A DNA stretch of 64,000 nucleotides from Spirochaetia bacterium (GTDB lineage: Bacteria > Spirochaetota > Spirochaetia > DSM-2461). Location of the stretch: positions 384,001 through 448,000 of the forward strand of contig CAXXIA010000002.1 of assembly GCA_963666985.2 (NCBI GenBank), given 5' to 3'. A model generated the notes under the pieces. The model was not told where the DNA came from. It searched no databases and was given only the letters and a program-made list of their open reading frames with translations. Each line of letters begins with the position of its first letter. The stretch's first letter is position 1. Position numbers and translations under genes: made by a program. Of the stretch, positions 19,117 through 30,244 are shown in pieces.

Positions 19117-20283
19117 ATGAACAACGCAACCCGCAGGCAGCTGGACATCGCTTCGCGCAGTTCAATTTTCACCTATGCCATTTCGGCCGTCATAATACCC
19201 GTCAGTCTCCTGGCCATCATCAAAGAACTGGGTTTCACTCTGACACAGGCCGGAAGCTTAAGTCTCATCGCGACCATCGTGCAGTTTTCAATTCTTCTCG
19301 GTGCCATACCGGCCGCGGCAAAGACGGGAAAAATCCGTTTACTCCGCTGGGGACTCTGGATATTGGCGGCGGGATTAGCGGCTTTTACACGAATAAACAG
19401 CTTCGGGGCCGCCGTTCTCGTTATCCTTATCATCGGCCTGGGCCAGGCCGTTCTCGAAGCTCTGCTCACACCGCTGGTGGAAGATATCCACCCCGAAGAC
19501 GACGGATCGAACCAGGCTCTTCTCCATGCCTTCTGGCCCTTCGGAGTCATCTTCGGAACCCTGGTTATCGGAGAAGCCCTCACCAGAGGTGTCTCCTGGC
19601 GCACGGTCTTCCTGATTCTCGGCATTCTCTGCATAGCGGTCGGATCGATTTATCCCCGCCGTTCCCGCGCGAACCTTCCCCGTTCCAGAGCGGATTTCTC
19701 CCATGCCGGGGAAATCTTGCGCAAACCGGTTTTCTGGCTGATGGGAGCGGCTTTGTTTTTCGCCGGAGGCACCGAAGGCGGCTTTACATACTGGAGTGCA
19801 AGCTATATTCAAATTGAATACGGAACCTTGGCACGGGCGGGCGGACTGGGAACGGCATTCTTCTCTTTGGGGATGGCGGTCGGACGGCTCCTCGCCAGCC
19901 GAATCATGAGCCGCTTCGGAATAAAACGCATCCTCATCTCGGCCGTATTGTTTGCCTTGGCGGGAGGAATCGCATTCTACTTCGTTCGAAGTCTGCCGGT
20001 TCTCTATATAGATATGGTGATTATGGGGACATGCATCGGCCCCTTCTGGCCCGGAGTCCAAACATATGCCGTCCGCCGCATCGGAGGCGATCCGACGATG
20101 ATCATGGTGTTTCTCTCCTGCTTCGGCATCACGGGATTCAGCAGCGCGACCTTCATCATGGGAATCATCGGTGATCATGCGGGACTGAGAACCAGCTTTC
20201 TTGCCGCACCGGCCTATTTGGCGGCTCTGTTCGTTATCCTTCTCGTAGAAAACCGGTTGTGTTCAAAAACAAAAACCGGCTGA
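19117..20283 (+). CDS. MFS transporter (FucP-like)
   Basis: About 12 hydrophobic segments; LLHAFWPFG, GG.EGG..YW and GMAVGRLL. Confidence 0.85.
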   Translation: MNNATRRQLDIASRSSIFTYAISAVIIPVSLLAIIKELGFTLTQAGSLSLIATIVQFSILLGAIPAAAKTGKIRLLRWGLWILAAGLAAFTRINSFGAAVLVILIIGLGQAVLEALLTPLVEDIHPEDDGSNQALLHAFWPFGVIFGTLVIGEALTRGVSWRTVFLILGILCIAVGSIYPRRSRANLPRSRADFSHAGEILRKPVFWLMGAALFFAGGTEGGFTYWSASYIQIEYGTLARAGGLGTAFFSLGMAVGRLLASRIMSRFGIKRILISAVLFALAGGIAFYFVRSLPVLYIDMVIMGTCIGPFWPGVQTYAVRRIGGDPTMIMVFLSCFGITGFSSATFIMGIIGDHAGLRTSFLAAPAYLAALFVILLVENRLCSKTKTG

Positions 20284-20413
20284 TTCGGTCGGCATCGTCA
20301 TACGGAACAATCGCCGCCGGCTCTCGATTTAGATCACAATCCCGCGCACGGAACGAATCACAAGAACGCGGAATCAGCCCCCATGCGAACGGGGGCCTTT
20401 CCATGCATACCGC

Positions 20414-21844
20414 TCAAGCACCCTTTCCCCGGCGTCTCAGCCAAATCGTGGAAGGATCTTTAAAGCGTCTCCGGCCGGAGAGCAGCAGATAAGCCGCACT
20501 GCAGAGAATGATATAAAAAACATACAATCCGAAAACCTGATAGGTGGGAGTTAAAGTGCCGTTTACCGCACCGACGGCCGGCATATTCGCCGTGAGCAGA
20601 ATGGGGATGGCTCCGAGGAACGTCAGACCGGCCGAGAGCATGAAGTCCCGGCTCGCGGGAGTTTCAAAATTAGGATCGATAATGCGCAAAAGCGCCAGGC
20701 CGGAAGGCGCCGTACCGGTGGCCGCGCCGTAAACCATAATCATCCTGTAGAACACATGGCTCTGAAACACACGGCTCGAAAGCCAGATATGACTGAACGT
20801 CGTGGCCAACCCAACCAATCCCGCGATAATGGCAATGGGAATCCAATACCGAGTTACCACCGCGATGCTGATGGCCCCTATGGCCGAAGCCACCATGAAA
20901 TCCACGCTGAAACCGCTGATTCGCGTCATCCGCTGGTTGTCGATCACATACTCAATCCGGAAACCGCAAATTATGGCTTTAACGACCATGGCGGTCAGAC
21001 CGCAGAAAATAAACATGATGCCCCAAAGGTTGGTCGCCAGCTGTACTCCCGGACTCCCAAGAAAAGCCAACAGCCATGAAATCACTTTCAAAGCCAAGAA
21101 AGCCAATAAATACGTGAAAAGAACCAATCCGCCCGCAAAAGTCAAAGGGTCGATGGCCTCGGGGTTGGTAATGTCGGTTACCTCGGAAGATTTGGTGGTT
21201 TCGCCCCGATGCAGAACACCTTGACGCATCTTGCCGTCATTGATTCGAGCCAGCTCGTCCTGGGAGATCCAGCCCTTTCGAATACCGTAATTCACCAGGA
21301 ACACGCCGCCGAAACTGGCCCAAATGAATCCGATGGCACCGAAGGTCAAACCGATATCGCCCATGCCGGAGAAGCCCATAGTCTCCCAGCCCTTACCTAT
21401 GGCAAAGGCCTGACCGGGGCCGAGAGAATACCCCAGCGTGGCGAACAGACCGAATCCGGGGAACAAATCCGGCAGGAATGTCTTAATCATGATAATCGTC
21501 AGAAGAGTCCCCAAAAAGCATTGGACAACATATTGACTGAGAACCATGGTGCTGGTGGCGAACACATCGCGGCTGCTTCTGCGCTTCTCGCTGCTCACCC
21601 GAAGAGTCATGGAAATAAAAGAAATATTCAGAAAATGGTAAACGATGTTTTCAAGACTCATCGTATCCATGCCCCAGCGGGGGAACACCCAATTATAGAG
21701 GGGAAGCAGCAGGAATCCCGCGGTTAATGCGTTTGGAATAAGATAGCGCTGAAAAAACCGTATTTTGGAACGAATCAGGGTTGCCATAATAAGAGCCCCA
21801 CCGATGATGCCCATATCGATAAGGAACTGCCAGCTGAAATCCAT
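20414..21844 (-). CDS. Sodium:glutamate symporter-family (GltS-like) transporter
   Basis: FFQRYLIP.AL.AG, GYSLGPGQA and YGAATGTAPSGLALLRIIDP. Confidence 0.82.
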   Translation of the reverse strand: MDFSWQFLIDMGIIGGALIMATLIRSKIRFFQRYLIPNALTAGFLLLPLYNWVFPRWGMDTMSLENIVYHFLNISFISMTLRVSSEKRRSSRDVFATSTMVLSQYVVQCFLGTLLTIIMIKTFLPDLFPGFGLFATLGYSLGPGQAFAIGKGWETMGFSGMGDIGLTFGAIGFIWASFGGVFLVNYGIRKGWISQDELARINDGKMRQGVLHRGETTKSSEVTDITNPEAIDPLTFAGGLVLFTYLLAFLALKVISWLLAFLGSPGVQLATNLWGIMFIFCGLTAMVVKAIICGFRIEYVIDNQRMTRISGFSVDFMVASAIGAISIAVVTRYWIPIAIIAGLVGLATTFSHIWLSSRVFQSHVFYRMIMVYGAATGTAPSGLALLRIIDPNFETPASRDFMLSAGLTFLGAIPILLTANMPAVGAVNGTLTPTYQVFGLYVFYIILCSAAYLLLSGRRRFKDPSTIWLRRRGKGA

Positions 21845-22132
21845 GGGGGAACCTCCGTAACGTCAGATCAATATGATACGGTCATTTTCAGGTCCTCTCA
21901 AGCGGGATTATCCTGTTCTCAGTATTTTTTTATACGCTTTTCTGGTTTTTGTCAGCCTAGAAGACGTCTGTAACGAATTAAATACAGAAATATAATTATG
22001 CTTTTTTCAGTGACGGTGTCCAGGCCCTACGACTTAGTGTATAATATTTTTTATTTCAGAGAGTAGCATACAATAAAAAAACGTTCTGACTAGAAAGTAT
22101 TCAATATTGATGCGCCAAGAATAAAAAACTAT

Positions 22133-22660
22133 ATGAGAAATAAATACGATACATTATTTAAAATACCATACGCCAAGAATTCATTCCTGATCGGACGTTA
22201 TGATCGGTTGCAAGTAGTTCAAGTTTTTAACATTGATTATACGGACACTTTTTGCGTAAAGGATTTAGATGTAACAAAAGGACTCTTTACATGTCTGGTT
22301 GACTTCAATCGGTGCAGTTGGGAAGCAATAGGAGAATCAATAAAGCTTAATCTTATTGATGTCAGTTTTTATTTGGTCGGTTCCTCAAGAATAATAGAAG
22401 AAAAGATCTATTCAGACACGGACACGTTCCAAATATATAAAAAAGAATTAATTGACGATAAAGTACAGGTTAGCTTTAGAGATTCAGATTTGGATTCTTG
22501 TATTGGATTGGATAGGTTCTCAGTTTATTCAGAAGAAAATATTGTAAGCAGAATCCAATTTGAGAAAAAAGGAATAGATAATCATAAAAGGGGCGAGGAA
22601 TATTACTCAACGCTTGGACCTTTGAAAAGAAATGCTTGGTTCCTTAAATCCCCCCAATAA
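22133..22660 (+). CDS. AT-rich hypothetical protein
   Basis: 175-aa ORF in low-GC DNA; no motif recognised. Confidence 0.55.
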   Translation: MRNKYDTLFKIPYAKNSFLIGRYDRLQVVQVFNIDYTDTFCVKDLDVTKGLFTCLVDFNRCSWEAIGESIKLNLIDVSFYLVGSSRIIEEKIYSDTDTFQIYKKELIDDKVQVSFRDSDLDSCIGLDRFSVYSEENIVSRIQFEKKGIDNHKRGEEYYSTLGPLKRNAWFLKSPQ

Positions 22661-22707
22661 ATAATTACTTTAAAAAAATGGTTTAGGGAAATTAAAGAAG
22701 GCACAAA

Positions 22708-22749
22708 ATATCCTCATCAAAAGTAATAATATATTTCTGATGAGGATAT
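22708..22749. terminator. Inverted repeat between convergent genes
   Basis: Perfect 12-bp arms ATATCCTCATCA...TGATGAGGATAT. Confidence 0.5.
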
Positions 22750-22932
22750 CTCATAGTTCTGGTAGGGGTTTTTAAAATAAACAGCTGCAAACAAGGATTA
22801 TGTAAAAAACCTGCAAACTTTCATTTTGGGACTTTTATTAGTTCCGCTGAGCAACATTTCCTTTTTCGAAAATCTTCCCAATCTTCGCATTGGCCATGAC
22901 CAACACTACCTTCCTCATTAAAACATTAGGGA

Positions 22933-23205
22933 CTACCAGCGAGTATTCTGCCGAGGTTCTCGAGGTTTTGCTTCATTACATTTGATGTTTCGTCCATCAA
23001 GAACGGAACCATCCATCCCGGCAACGGCTTTCTTAGCTTCTTCCTCAGTAGACATTTCGACAAAACCAAAACCCTTTGATCGATTGGTTTCCCGATCAAT
23101 AACAATTCTAGCAGACTCAACGGTGCCGAATCTCTCGAACGCGGATTGTAGGTCGTGATCATCGGTTTCCCAAGACAATCCGCCTACGTACAATTTCTTA
23201 CCCAT
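22933..23205 (-). CDS. Single-RRM RNA-binding protein
   Basis: RNP2 LYVGGL, RNP1 KGFGFVEM and DGRNIKCNEA.PR. Confidence 0.95.
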   Translation of the reverse strand: MGKKLYVGGLSWETDDHDLQSAFERFGTVESARIVIDRETNRSKGFGFVEMSTEEEAKKAVAGMDGSVLDGRNIKCNEAKPREPRQNTRW

Positions 23206-23644
23206 AATTTTACTCTCTTTTCCTGAATTCCCAGTAATCTACAATTACGTAATTTCACGCAGCACCATAGAACTTGAGTTATAAATACAAATGTCGATGA
23301 AAAGAGGATAAAAAAGGTTAAATGATCCGCTTAAAACAAACAAAGTGTAACTACTGGTTACCGTATACTAACAGCTTCTTCAAGAAGATGATAGTAACCA
23401 AGTCTATTTCTCGCCGTAAACATGAGCAGAATCGATTTACCGGTTGAATGAATCAGACTGGATTTTCTGCTGTCAAGTTGGAAAATGTTTCCGAAAATAC
23501 GGTTGCAGGTTCCCCGCCAACAGGACAATACCGTATCATCTGAACATAGAGAGGGTGCATTCTGATGAGAGGTGTGTTTATGGTTGCGGAATTATGGGGT
23601 GTTTCAATTCGAATCAGTGATTTTTATAGGAATGAATTTCTACA

Positions 23645-24475
23645 GTGAAGTTTCTCAAGGCCTCCTACACTCCCGATTCCCGAACCCATAGAATCATTTC
23701 TTTAGCGGCATGGAGTGGAGTTGCCGTTTTTTTCTTCATTCTTCTTTTTAATCCTTTCGAACTGCCCGAAGTGGAGCTGACGGAAACCCTTTTCCTGGTT
23801 GCCGGTATGGGATTGATATCATTTCTTTCCCCTATCATTTTTCTGGTCGTAATCCCAAGGTTTTTACCCAAATGGTTTTTAGTCGGAGAATGGGAGGAAG
23901 GACCACCGGATCTGCTGAATTTAGCCGTCTGGGTAATATCGACGACAGCAATGGCCTTCTACGTTCGTTACGTCGCCGATACGCCCTTATCCATTCCTGC
24001 GGTTGTCCGAATCACTTTGGTTTGCCTCGCACCGCCGATATACTTCCGGGTGAATATGCGGCTCCTTTCCCTACGCCGCAGTCTTGAGGCACATAAGAAA
24101 CCATATTCCGAGAAGACTCCTCAATATATACCGACAATTGAAATTGCCTCGGACAACGGCAACGAATCTGTGGAAATTTCTTCAGATCGGCTACTATATA
24201 TCAAGGCAGCGGATAATTATGTGGAAGTGGTGAAGCAGGTCAACGGAGGAATCCAGTCACGGCTCATCCGTACGACATTGAAGAAAGTTGGCATGGATCT
24301 TAAAGCCTTTCCTGGAATACTGCAGTGCCACAGGGCGTATATAATCAATACCGAAAAGGTCGAGAAGATGCACAGATCGCCGAATGGATATACAATTGTC
24401 CTAAAAGGTGTTCCCGAAAGCATCCCTGTTTCCCGGGCTTATCAGATCAGGGTAAGGGAAGCTCTTAAACTTTGA
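23645..24475 (+). CDS. Membrane-anchored LytTR-family transcriptional regulator
   Basis: Four TM segments, then LLYIKAADNYVEV...CHRAYIIN...IPVSRAY. Confidence 0.88.
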   Translation: MKFLKASYTPDSRTHRIISLAAWSGVAVFFFILLFNPFELPEVELTETLFLVAGMGLISFLSPIIFLVVIPRFLPKWFLVGEWEEGPPDLLNLAVWVISTTAMAFYVRYVADTPLSIPAVVRITLVCLAPPIYFRVNMRLLSLRRSLEAHKKPYSEKTPQYIPTIEIASDNGNESVEISSDRLLYIKAADNYVEVVKQVNGGIQSRLIRTTLKKVGMDLKAFPGILQCHRAYIINTEKVEKMHRSPNGYTIVLKGVPESIPVSRAYQIRVREALKL

Positions 24476-24610
24476 AGGGACAGGCGACACCCATACCCAA
24501 TGAACGGCGTCAGTCCCTCGAGAATCGGCCGGTATCCCGCGCAGGCGGCAGGCGGCCCTTTCATAAGAAAAGCCATTTACTCCCATTTCAATTTCAATAT
24601 GATACGGGAC

Positions 24611-25420
24611 ATGGAAAAAATCGTTGAAAAATATTGCGAAATGCCGGGTCTTATCAAACGTCCTATGTGGAGGATCTGGCATCGCCTGCTGATTCGATTC
24701 GACAAAGACATTCGGGCAAAATGTCTTAACTACGGCTATCATGAAGAAAAACCGAAGGAAAGGCTCGGCCTAGATAAAGAGGATGAAGAAAATCGATACG
24801 GCATTCAGTTATACAATCATGTGGCGGCCCGAATCCCTCTGGATAGAAAAGATATTGTCGAAGTCGGTTCCGGCCGCGGAGGAGGTGCATCATTCCTCGC
24901 CAGGCATTACGGACCTAAAACGTATCGGGCGATAGACATTTCATCAAAACTCATTGATTTCTGCAATCGGTACTACGACATCAAGGGACTTTCATTCCAC
25001 TACGGCAATGCCGAAAACCTTCCGGTTGAAAATCAATCCTGCGACGTGGTTGTAAACGTGGAGTCCGCCCGCTGTTATCGAAACATCCGGACGTTCTTCT
25101 CGGAAGTGAACAGAATACTGAGGCCCGGTGGATATTTTATGTTTGCCGATATGATTTCTCCGGATCACCTGCCGGAGATTCTGAGACTCCTTAAATCCAG
25201 CGGTTTTGAGATTCATGATCAACAGGACATCACCAGTAATGTGATCATGGCGCTCGATCAGGATTCCTTGCGCCGGAAGGCCCTCATCCGCCGCCGGTCA
25301 CCCCGATTTCTTTCGAAGGCGTTTGCCCAGTTTGCCGGAACCCATGGAACCGAGCGATACGATTCTTTTCGTAACGGGACGTTCCAATACTGGTCGTTCG
25401 TTATGGTTCGGGCAGCATGA
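24611..25420 (+). CDS. Class I SAM-dependent methyltransferase (resembles lipid/fatty-acid O-methyltransferases)
   Basis: LNYGY, RYGIQLY.HV, EVGSGRGGG, VVNVESARCY and LRPGGYFMFAD. Confidence 0.85.
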   Translation: MEKIVEKYCEMPGLIKRPMWRIWHRLLIRFDKDIRAKCLNYGYHEEKPKERLGLDKEDEENRYGIQLYNHVAARIPLDRKDIVEVGSGRGGGASFLARHYGPKTYRAIDISSKLIDFCNRYYDIKGLSFHYGNAENLPVENQSCDVVVNVESARCYRNIRTFFSEVNRILRPGGYFMFADMISPDHLPEILRLLKSSGFEIHDQQDITSNVIMALDQDSLRRKALIRRRSPRFLSKAFAQFAGTHGTERYDSFRNGTFQYWSFVMVRAA

Positions 25421-25486
25421 ATGGGGATTGGTTTGAAGCGCTCAAGGCTTTCAAGGAAAATCCTCAATCTGCGAATAGGAGACGAT

Positions 25487-25744
25487 ATGACCAAAAACGA
25501 TCAAGAACCTAAGTACACAAGAACAAAACTGAAGGCTTTCACGACCAACAAGCCCTTGTGGGCATTTTGGACGCTTTATATCGCAATCAGCGGAGTTCTG
25601 TTCGGAGTCTTCTATGGAGTTGTCCGCATCGTTTTATATCGGTGGTGGATCGCCCCAATAATCATTATCGCGGGCGGCATCATCTGGGGTACGATGAGTT
25701 ATTCGGCAATGAAAAAAACACAGCATTCGAAAGAGGCATCTTAA
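25487..25744 (+). CDS. Small two-TM membrane protein
   Basis: AGGAG SD; two hydrophobic helices. Confidence 0.6.
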   Translation: MTKNDQEPKYTRTKLKAFTTNKPLWAFWTLYIAISGVLFGVFYGVVRIVLYRWWIAPIIIIAGGIIWGTMSYSAMKKTQHSKEAS

Positions 25745-25884
25745 ATCCTGCCGAACGAATACATTGATCGCTGCCCGAAGGTAAGACTATCGACTTGGAT
25801 ATAGCGGGGTTTCCATCGGCTCAGAAAGAGACTTTATGTAAATCCGCCGATTGCCGGTCAGGATTTCAGCGAGGATTCGACTCA

Positions 25885-26380
25885 TCAACAGCTGCGGATG
25901 ACCTTCTTGATTGCCGATATCGATGATGGAGCGATGATGAGTGTTTATACACCGCACGGCAATAGCCGGGATTTCTGCTTAGGGCATCCCGTGAGTCATC
26001 CTCAGACGGAAAGCGGCACATCATTTTTGGATCAATCGAAGCAATTAAAAGATGATGTCCGACGCATCGTTAAAAAAGCACTCTACCGAGGTGTTCTCGC
26101 GCTCTGCAATGTGTATTAGGTCAAATCATCGGGACCGAAATTCAAGAAATCCGCATGGATCGAAATTTTCCGAATAGATAACGCCGCGCGAGAATTTCGA
26201 TCATCACTCCAAGCGGCGGAAGCGTGGGTATTTCCATTCCCCGGGCGAGATGAGAACCTTTCTCACCAGCCTGGCATCTTCCGACAACGTTACCATCGGG
26301 ATCAGAATTCACAGATCAAATTCCGAAGACAGATCCAATGTCGCGCGTAGCCTGGTCAGCAAAGAATCAAGATATTCATA
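25885..26380 (-). pseudogene. ptsI: Decayed C-terminal fragment of PTS enzyme I (ptsI/ptsP)
   Basis: Across frameshifts and stops it reads LRATL...L*ILIPMV / PPLGVMIE / ADFLNFGPDDLT*YTL / PLSV*G*LTG / IAPSSISAIKKVIR, colinear with the enzyme I motifs IMFPM, GxMxE, DFFSIGTNDLTQY and CGELAG. Confidence 0.8.
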
Positions 26381-26575
26381 GAACCCGGCTAAAGCCGTGG
26401 TGTTCTGTCTTTGACTTCATGAGAGCCTCGGTCGCCATGCCCCCAAAAAACCAACACCGTCCGACAACATTAAAAAATCGACGCTTAATAAGGATAAGAA
26501 CGCAGCCCGGTGATTGCATCGTTCTTCGACGGCTCTTAAAGAACCTCCCCGCGTTCTCCTTCCTCAGCTTCGGCG

Positions 26576-28747
26576 TCAACTCTCCGCCGAGGAAGCCTCA
26601 GCCTGCTCGGCCTCTTTCGCCGCTTTCTCTTCTTCCGCCTTCTTGGCGGCCTCTTCCTCGGCGGCCCGCCGTTCGGCCATCCGCTCCTTAATGGCCTCGT
26701 TCCGGGCTTCTCCGGACTCCTTCGCCCTCTCGGAAGGCTTCAAATCCGCGGCCTTTCTCTTTGCAAACTCTTTCGCGCCGGCTTCATCGGCATTAATCAG
26801 TTCCATGAGCTCTTCGCGCTCGATGGTCTCGGCATCCATCAAACGACCAGTAATAGTCTCCAGCAGACTTCGCTGCTTCTTCAGGAGCTTAAGAACACGC
26901 TCATAGCTCTCGGCCATAATCCGCGAGATTTCCTCGTCGATGTAGCGCTGAGTCTCTTCGGAATATTCCCTGCTCTGACCGTAATACTGATCGTTATGCC
27001 CGAGAAATCCCCCGCCCCGCTTGTCCAGCGAAACATTGCTGAATTTCTCGCTCATTCCCAGCCGCGTAATCATGGAACGGGCGATGTCCGTGGCCTGCAT
27101 GATATCGTTTCCGGCGCCGGTGGAAACCGTCCCGTAAATAATCTGTTCGGCCGCCCTTCCTCCGAGCGCCACGTCGATACGGCCCAAAAGTTCCTCTCGT
27201 GTCTGGAAGGAGCGTTCCTCCTCGGGAACCGGAAGCATGTAGCCCATCACGCCGTATCCCCGAGGAACAATGGTAATTTTCTTCACCAAATGCTGATCGG
27301 GAGTAAACACATTCACCAGCGCGTGGCCCGTTTCATGATAGGCGGTAACTTCCCGCTCATGCGGATTCAAGAGCTTGTTCTTCTTCGCCAAACCGATGGC
27401 CGTCTTCTCGATGGCTTCCATGAAATCGTCATTGGAAACCTTATCCCGTCCCAAACGCACCGCGAGAAGCGCCGCTTCATTAACGATATTGGCCAAATCC
27501 GCGCCGGCCAGACCGGCGGTCGCTTTCGCCACGTCCGACAAATCCACATTCTCCTCAAGCTTCACGCCCACCGAATGAATGCGCAAAATGGCCTCGCGGC
27601 CGATTTGATCCGGCTTGTCCACCACCACCTGCCGATCGAAGCGGCCCGGACGAAGCAGCGCCGGATCAAGAACCTCCGGACGGTTGGTCGCCGCCAGAAT
27701 AATCACGCCGCTGGTGGAATCGAAACCGTCCATTTCCACCAGAAGCTGGTTCAGCGTCTGCTCCCTCTCATCGTTGGTGGACAATGTCCCGGAACGGCTC
27801 TTGCCGATGGCATCCAACTCATCGATGAAAATAATGCAGGGAGCCTTGTCCCGAGCCTGTTTGAACAAATCCCGAACCCGGGCGGCGCCCACACCGACGA
27901 ACATTTCCACGAAATCCGCGCCCGACATCCGGAAAAACGTTACGCCCGCCTCGCCGGCCACCGCACGGGCCAAAAGCGTTTTACCCGTTCCCGGAGGGCC
28001 CACCAGCAGCGCGCCCTTGGGAATCTTTCCGCCGATATTCGTGTACTTCGTCGGACTTTTTAAGAAATCGACGATCTCAACCAGTTCGTCCTTGGCCTCG
28101 TCACAGCCGGCCACATCCTTGAACCTTGTTTTTAAATCGTTCTCGGCGACGATCTTCGCGTTGTTCTGCCCGAAGCTCATCACATTCGACCCGCCCAGGC
28201 CGCCCATGCGGCGCATCATATAGCGCCAAATCACCAAAAGAAGAACCATGGGGAGCACCATGCGGATCAGAAGTTCCAGGAAATAATTGCTCCGTTCGGG
28301 AACCGCCAAGTACACAACGCCCATCTTTTCCAGAAGGGGCAGCAGTTCCGCATCATCCGGAATACGCTCGGTCTCCCAGCTCTTCATGGACCCGTCCTGG
28401 GCTTTAAAAACATCCTGAAGGTAATACGCGATGGACCCTGTTTCGGTCACATCGCCGGTTAAAAAGGAATATCCGATCAGGGACGTCCCCGTATATCGAA
28501 CTTCCTTAATCGTTCCCTCGGCAATAAGATCCTTAAATTTACTATAGGGAATCGATTGATCGCTTCCCCGCATAAAAAGCATGTTCATTATACTTAAAAG
28601 AACAACGGCCAGCAGAAGGTACCACATCGAAAAACGGAATTTTCCCCCCTTAAAGGGACTCTTCCCTCCGTCGGTAACCTCTTTCTTAGCTTTCTTCAGC
28701 AGTTCGCGCCAATCGTTCTGATCTTCCGGTTTTCGGTTGTCGCTCAT
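26576..28747 (-). CDS. ftsH: ATP-dependent zinc metalloprotease FtsH
   Basis: Two TMs, [24 protein letters not shown] and HETGH. Confidence 0.97.
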   Translation of the reverse strand: MSDNRKPEDQNDWRELLKKAKKEVTDGGKSPFKGGKFRFSMWYLLLAVVLLSIMNMLFMRGSDQSIPYSKFKDLIAEGTIKEVRYTGTSLIGYSFLTGDVTETGSIAYYLQDVFKAQDGSMKSWETERIPDDAELLPLLEKMGVVYLAVPERSNYFLELLIRMVLPMVLLLVIWRYMMRRMGGLGGSNVMSFGQNNAKIVAENDLKTRFKDVAGCDEAKDELVEIVDFLKSPTKYTNIGGKIPKGALLVGPPGTGKTLLARAVAGEAGVTFFRMSGADFVEMFVGVGAARVRDLFKQARDKAPCIIFIDELDAIGKSRSGTLSTNDEREQTLNQLLVEMDGFDSTSGVIILAATNRPEVLDPALLRPGRFDRQVVVDKPDQIGREAILRIHSVGVKLEENVDLSDVAKATAGLAGADLANIVNEAALLAVRLGRDKVSNDDFMEAIEKTAIGLAKKNKLLNPHEREVTAYHETGHALVNVFTPDQHLVKKITIVPRGYGVMGYMLPVPEEERSFQTREELLGRIDVALGGRAAEQIIYGTVSTGAGNDIMQATDIARSMITRLGMSEKFSNVSLDKRGGGFLGHNDQYYGQSREYSEETQRYIDEEISRIMAESYERVLKLLKKQRSLLETITGRLMDAETIEREELMELINADEAGAKEFAKRKAADLKPSERAKESGEARNEAIKERMAERRAAEEEAAKKAEEEKAAKEAEQAEASSAES

Positions 28748-28978
28748 GTCCTCTCCACAGCACGCATTAAGCGTAACACATACATAAAATAAAGAATTCG
28801 GAGCCGATTGGGAAATTTCAGTTTTTTAAGAGAGTAGCCCCCGAAGCCGAATCTCCGATGCCTTTCCCAAATCCGACTCGGCCGATCCCGCCGATACCTA
28901 TGAATAAAAGCTTCAAAAAACTCGATTTCTCCGCACATTCCATTCCCTACCGCGGCTTTCGAAGAGTATCATTTTCCC

Positions 28979-30244
28979 ATGAACGAACGGAATGCCATTC
29001 AGCCCAAAACCTTCGTCCTCGGATTCGGATTTTTCGGAATCTCCATCATCTGGTCCATGTACAACGCCTACGTGCCGGTCTTTCTGAAGGAAACTTTCGA
29101 TCTTCCCTTCTCGGTCGTGGGTACCGTGATGACGGTGGACAACATCTTCGCCATTATTCTGCTGCCCTTCCTCGGGGCCCTCAGCGACCGAACCCGAAGC
29201 CGCCTGGGAAAACGGCGGCCCTACATCCTCCTCGGAGCCCCGCTGGCCATGGTGTTCTTCATGCTCATCCCGGCGGCCAATCTCTGGCAGAGCCTCGGCC
29301 TGATGATGGGAACCGTCATCCTGATGAACCTTTCCATGGCCCTCTTCCGTTCACCGGTTATCGCCCTGATGCCGGACATCACCCCTTCGAAACACCGCAG
29401 CCAGGCCAACGGCATCATCAACTTCATGGGCGGCATCGGCTCCCTCCTCGTGTTCTTCGGAGGAAAGCCTCTGTACGATACGGATATCCGCCTGCCGTTC
29501 ATCGTCGGCGGCCTGGTGATGTTCGCGGCCAGCATGGCCGTCGTCATCTTCATCCGGGAAGACAAGCCCTATGAAGGAGAGAACAGCGGCTCGCGATTTT
29601 CCTTCGGCGCCTCTTTCCGGGAACTCATGGAAAACCTTCGGGACGTTATCAAAGGAGAAAAGAGTCTTCTCTTCGTCCTTTTGGCCATCTTCTTCTGGTT
29701 CGTGGGATTCAACGCCATCGAAACCTTCTTTACGAGCTATGCCAAGTTTTACATGGGGCTCAAAGAAAGTACCGGAGCCCTTATCCTCGGCGTTTATTCG
29801 GTAATGTTTCTGGCCATCGCCATTCCCGCAGGATTCATCGGCGGCCGCTTCGGACGAAAAAACACCATTCGCTTGGGACTTGCCGCCCTTGTCGTTCTTC
29901 TCATCATTGCAATGTTCTTCAAAGCCTTCCTGCCGGTCGCCGTCATCTTCGGTGTGGCCGGTCTCTCCTGGGGACTTGTAAACGTCAACTCTTTGCCTAT
30001 GGTCGTCGACATGACCACCGAAGAGAAAATCGGCGGCTACACGGGTCTCTACTACTTCTTTTCCCAGGCCGCCAACATCGTCGCCCCTCCCCTGGCGGGC
30101 GCCGTCATCGACCTGGCCACGGACAAAGGGAACCGGCCGGCCGGTTATGTTTCCCTGCTCATCTTCGCCGTCGTTTTCTTCATTCTCGCGGCCCTCGTCA
30201 TTTCCTTCGCCAAACGCGGCGAAGCGGCGGAAACTTCCCGATGA
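28979..30244 (+). CDS. MFS transporter (sugar/glycoside, SLC45/MalT-like)
   Basis: LGFGFFGIS..W, GALSDRTRSRLGKRRPYI, ALMPD.TP and YTGLYYFFS. Confidence 0.87.
   Translation: MNERNAIQPKTFVLGFGFFGISIIWSMYNAYVPVFLKETFDLPFSVVGTVMTVDNIFAIILLPFLGALSDRTRSRLGKRRPYILLGAPLAMVFFMLIPAANLWQSLGLMMGTVILMNLSMALFRSPVIALMPDITPSKHRSQANGIINFMGGIGSLLVFFGGKPLYDTDIRLPFIVGGLVMFAASMAVVIFIREDKPYEGENSGSRFSFGASFRELMENLRDVIKGEKSLLFVLLAIFFWFVGFNAIETFFTSYAKFYMGLKESTGALILGVYSVMFLAIAIPAGFIGGRFGRKNTIRLGLAALVVLLIIAMFFKAFLPVAVIFGVAGLSWGLVNVNSLPMVVDMTTEEKIGGYTGLYYFFSQAANIVAPPLAGAVIDLATDKGNRPAGYVSLLIFAVVFFILAALVISFAKRGEAAETSR

Noticed and set aside
25898..26119. 73-aa plus-strand ORF
   Set aside because: It lies antisense to the ptsI remnant and is better explained as its shadow.
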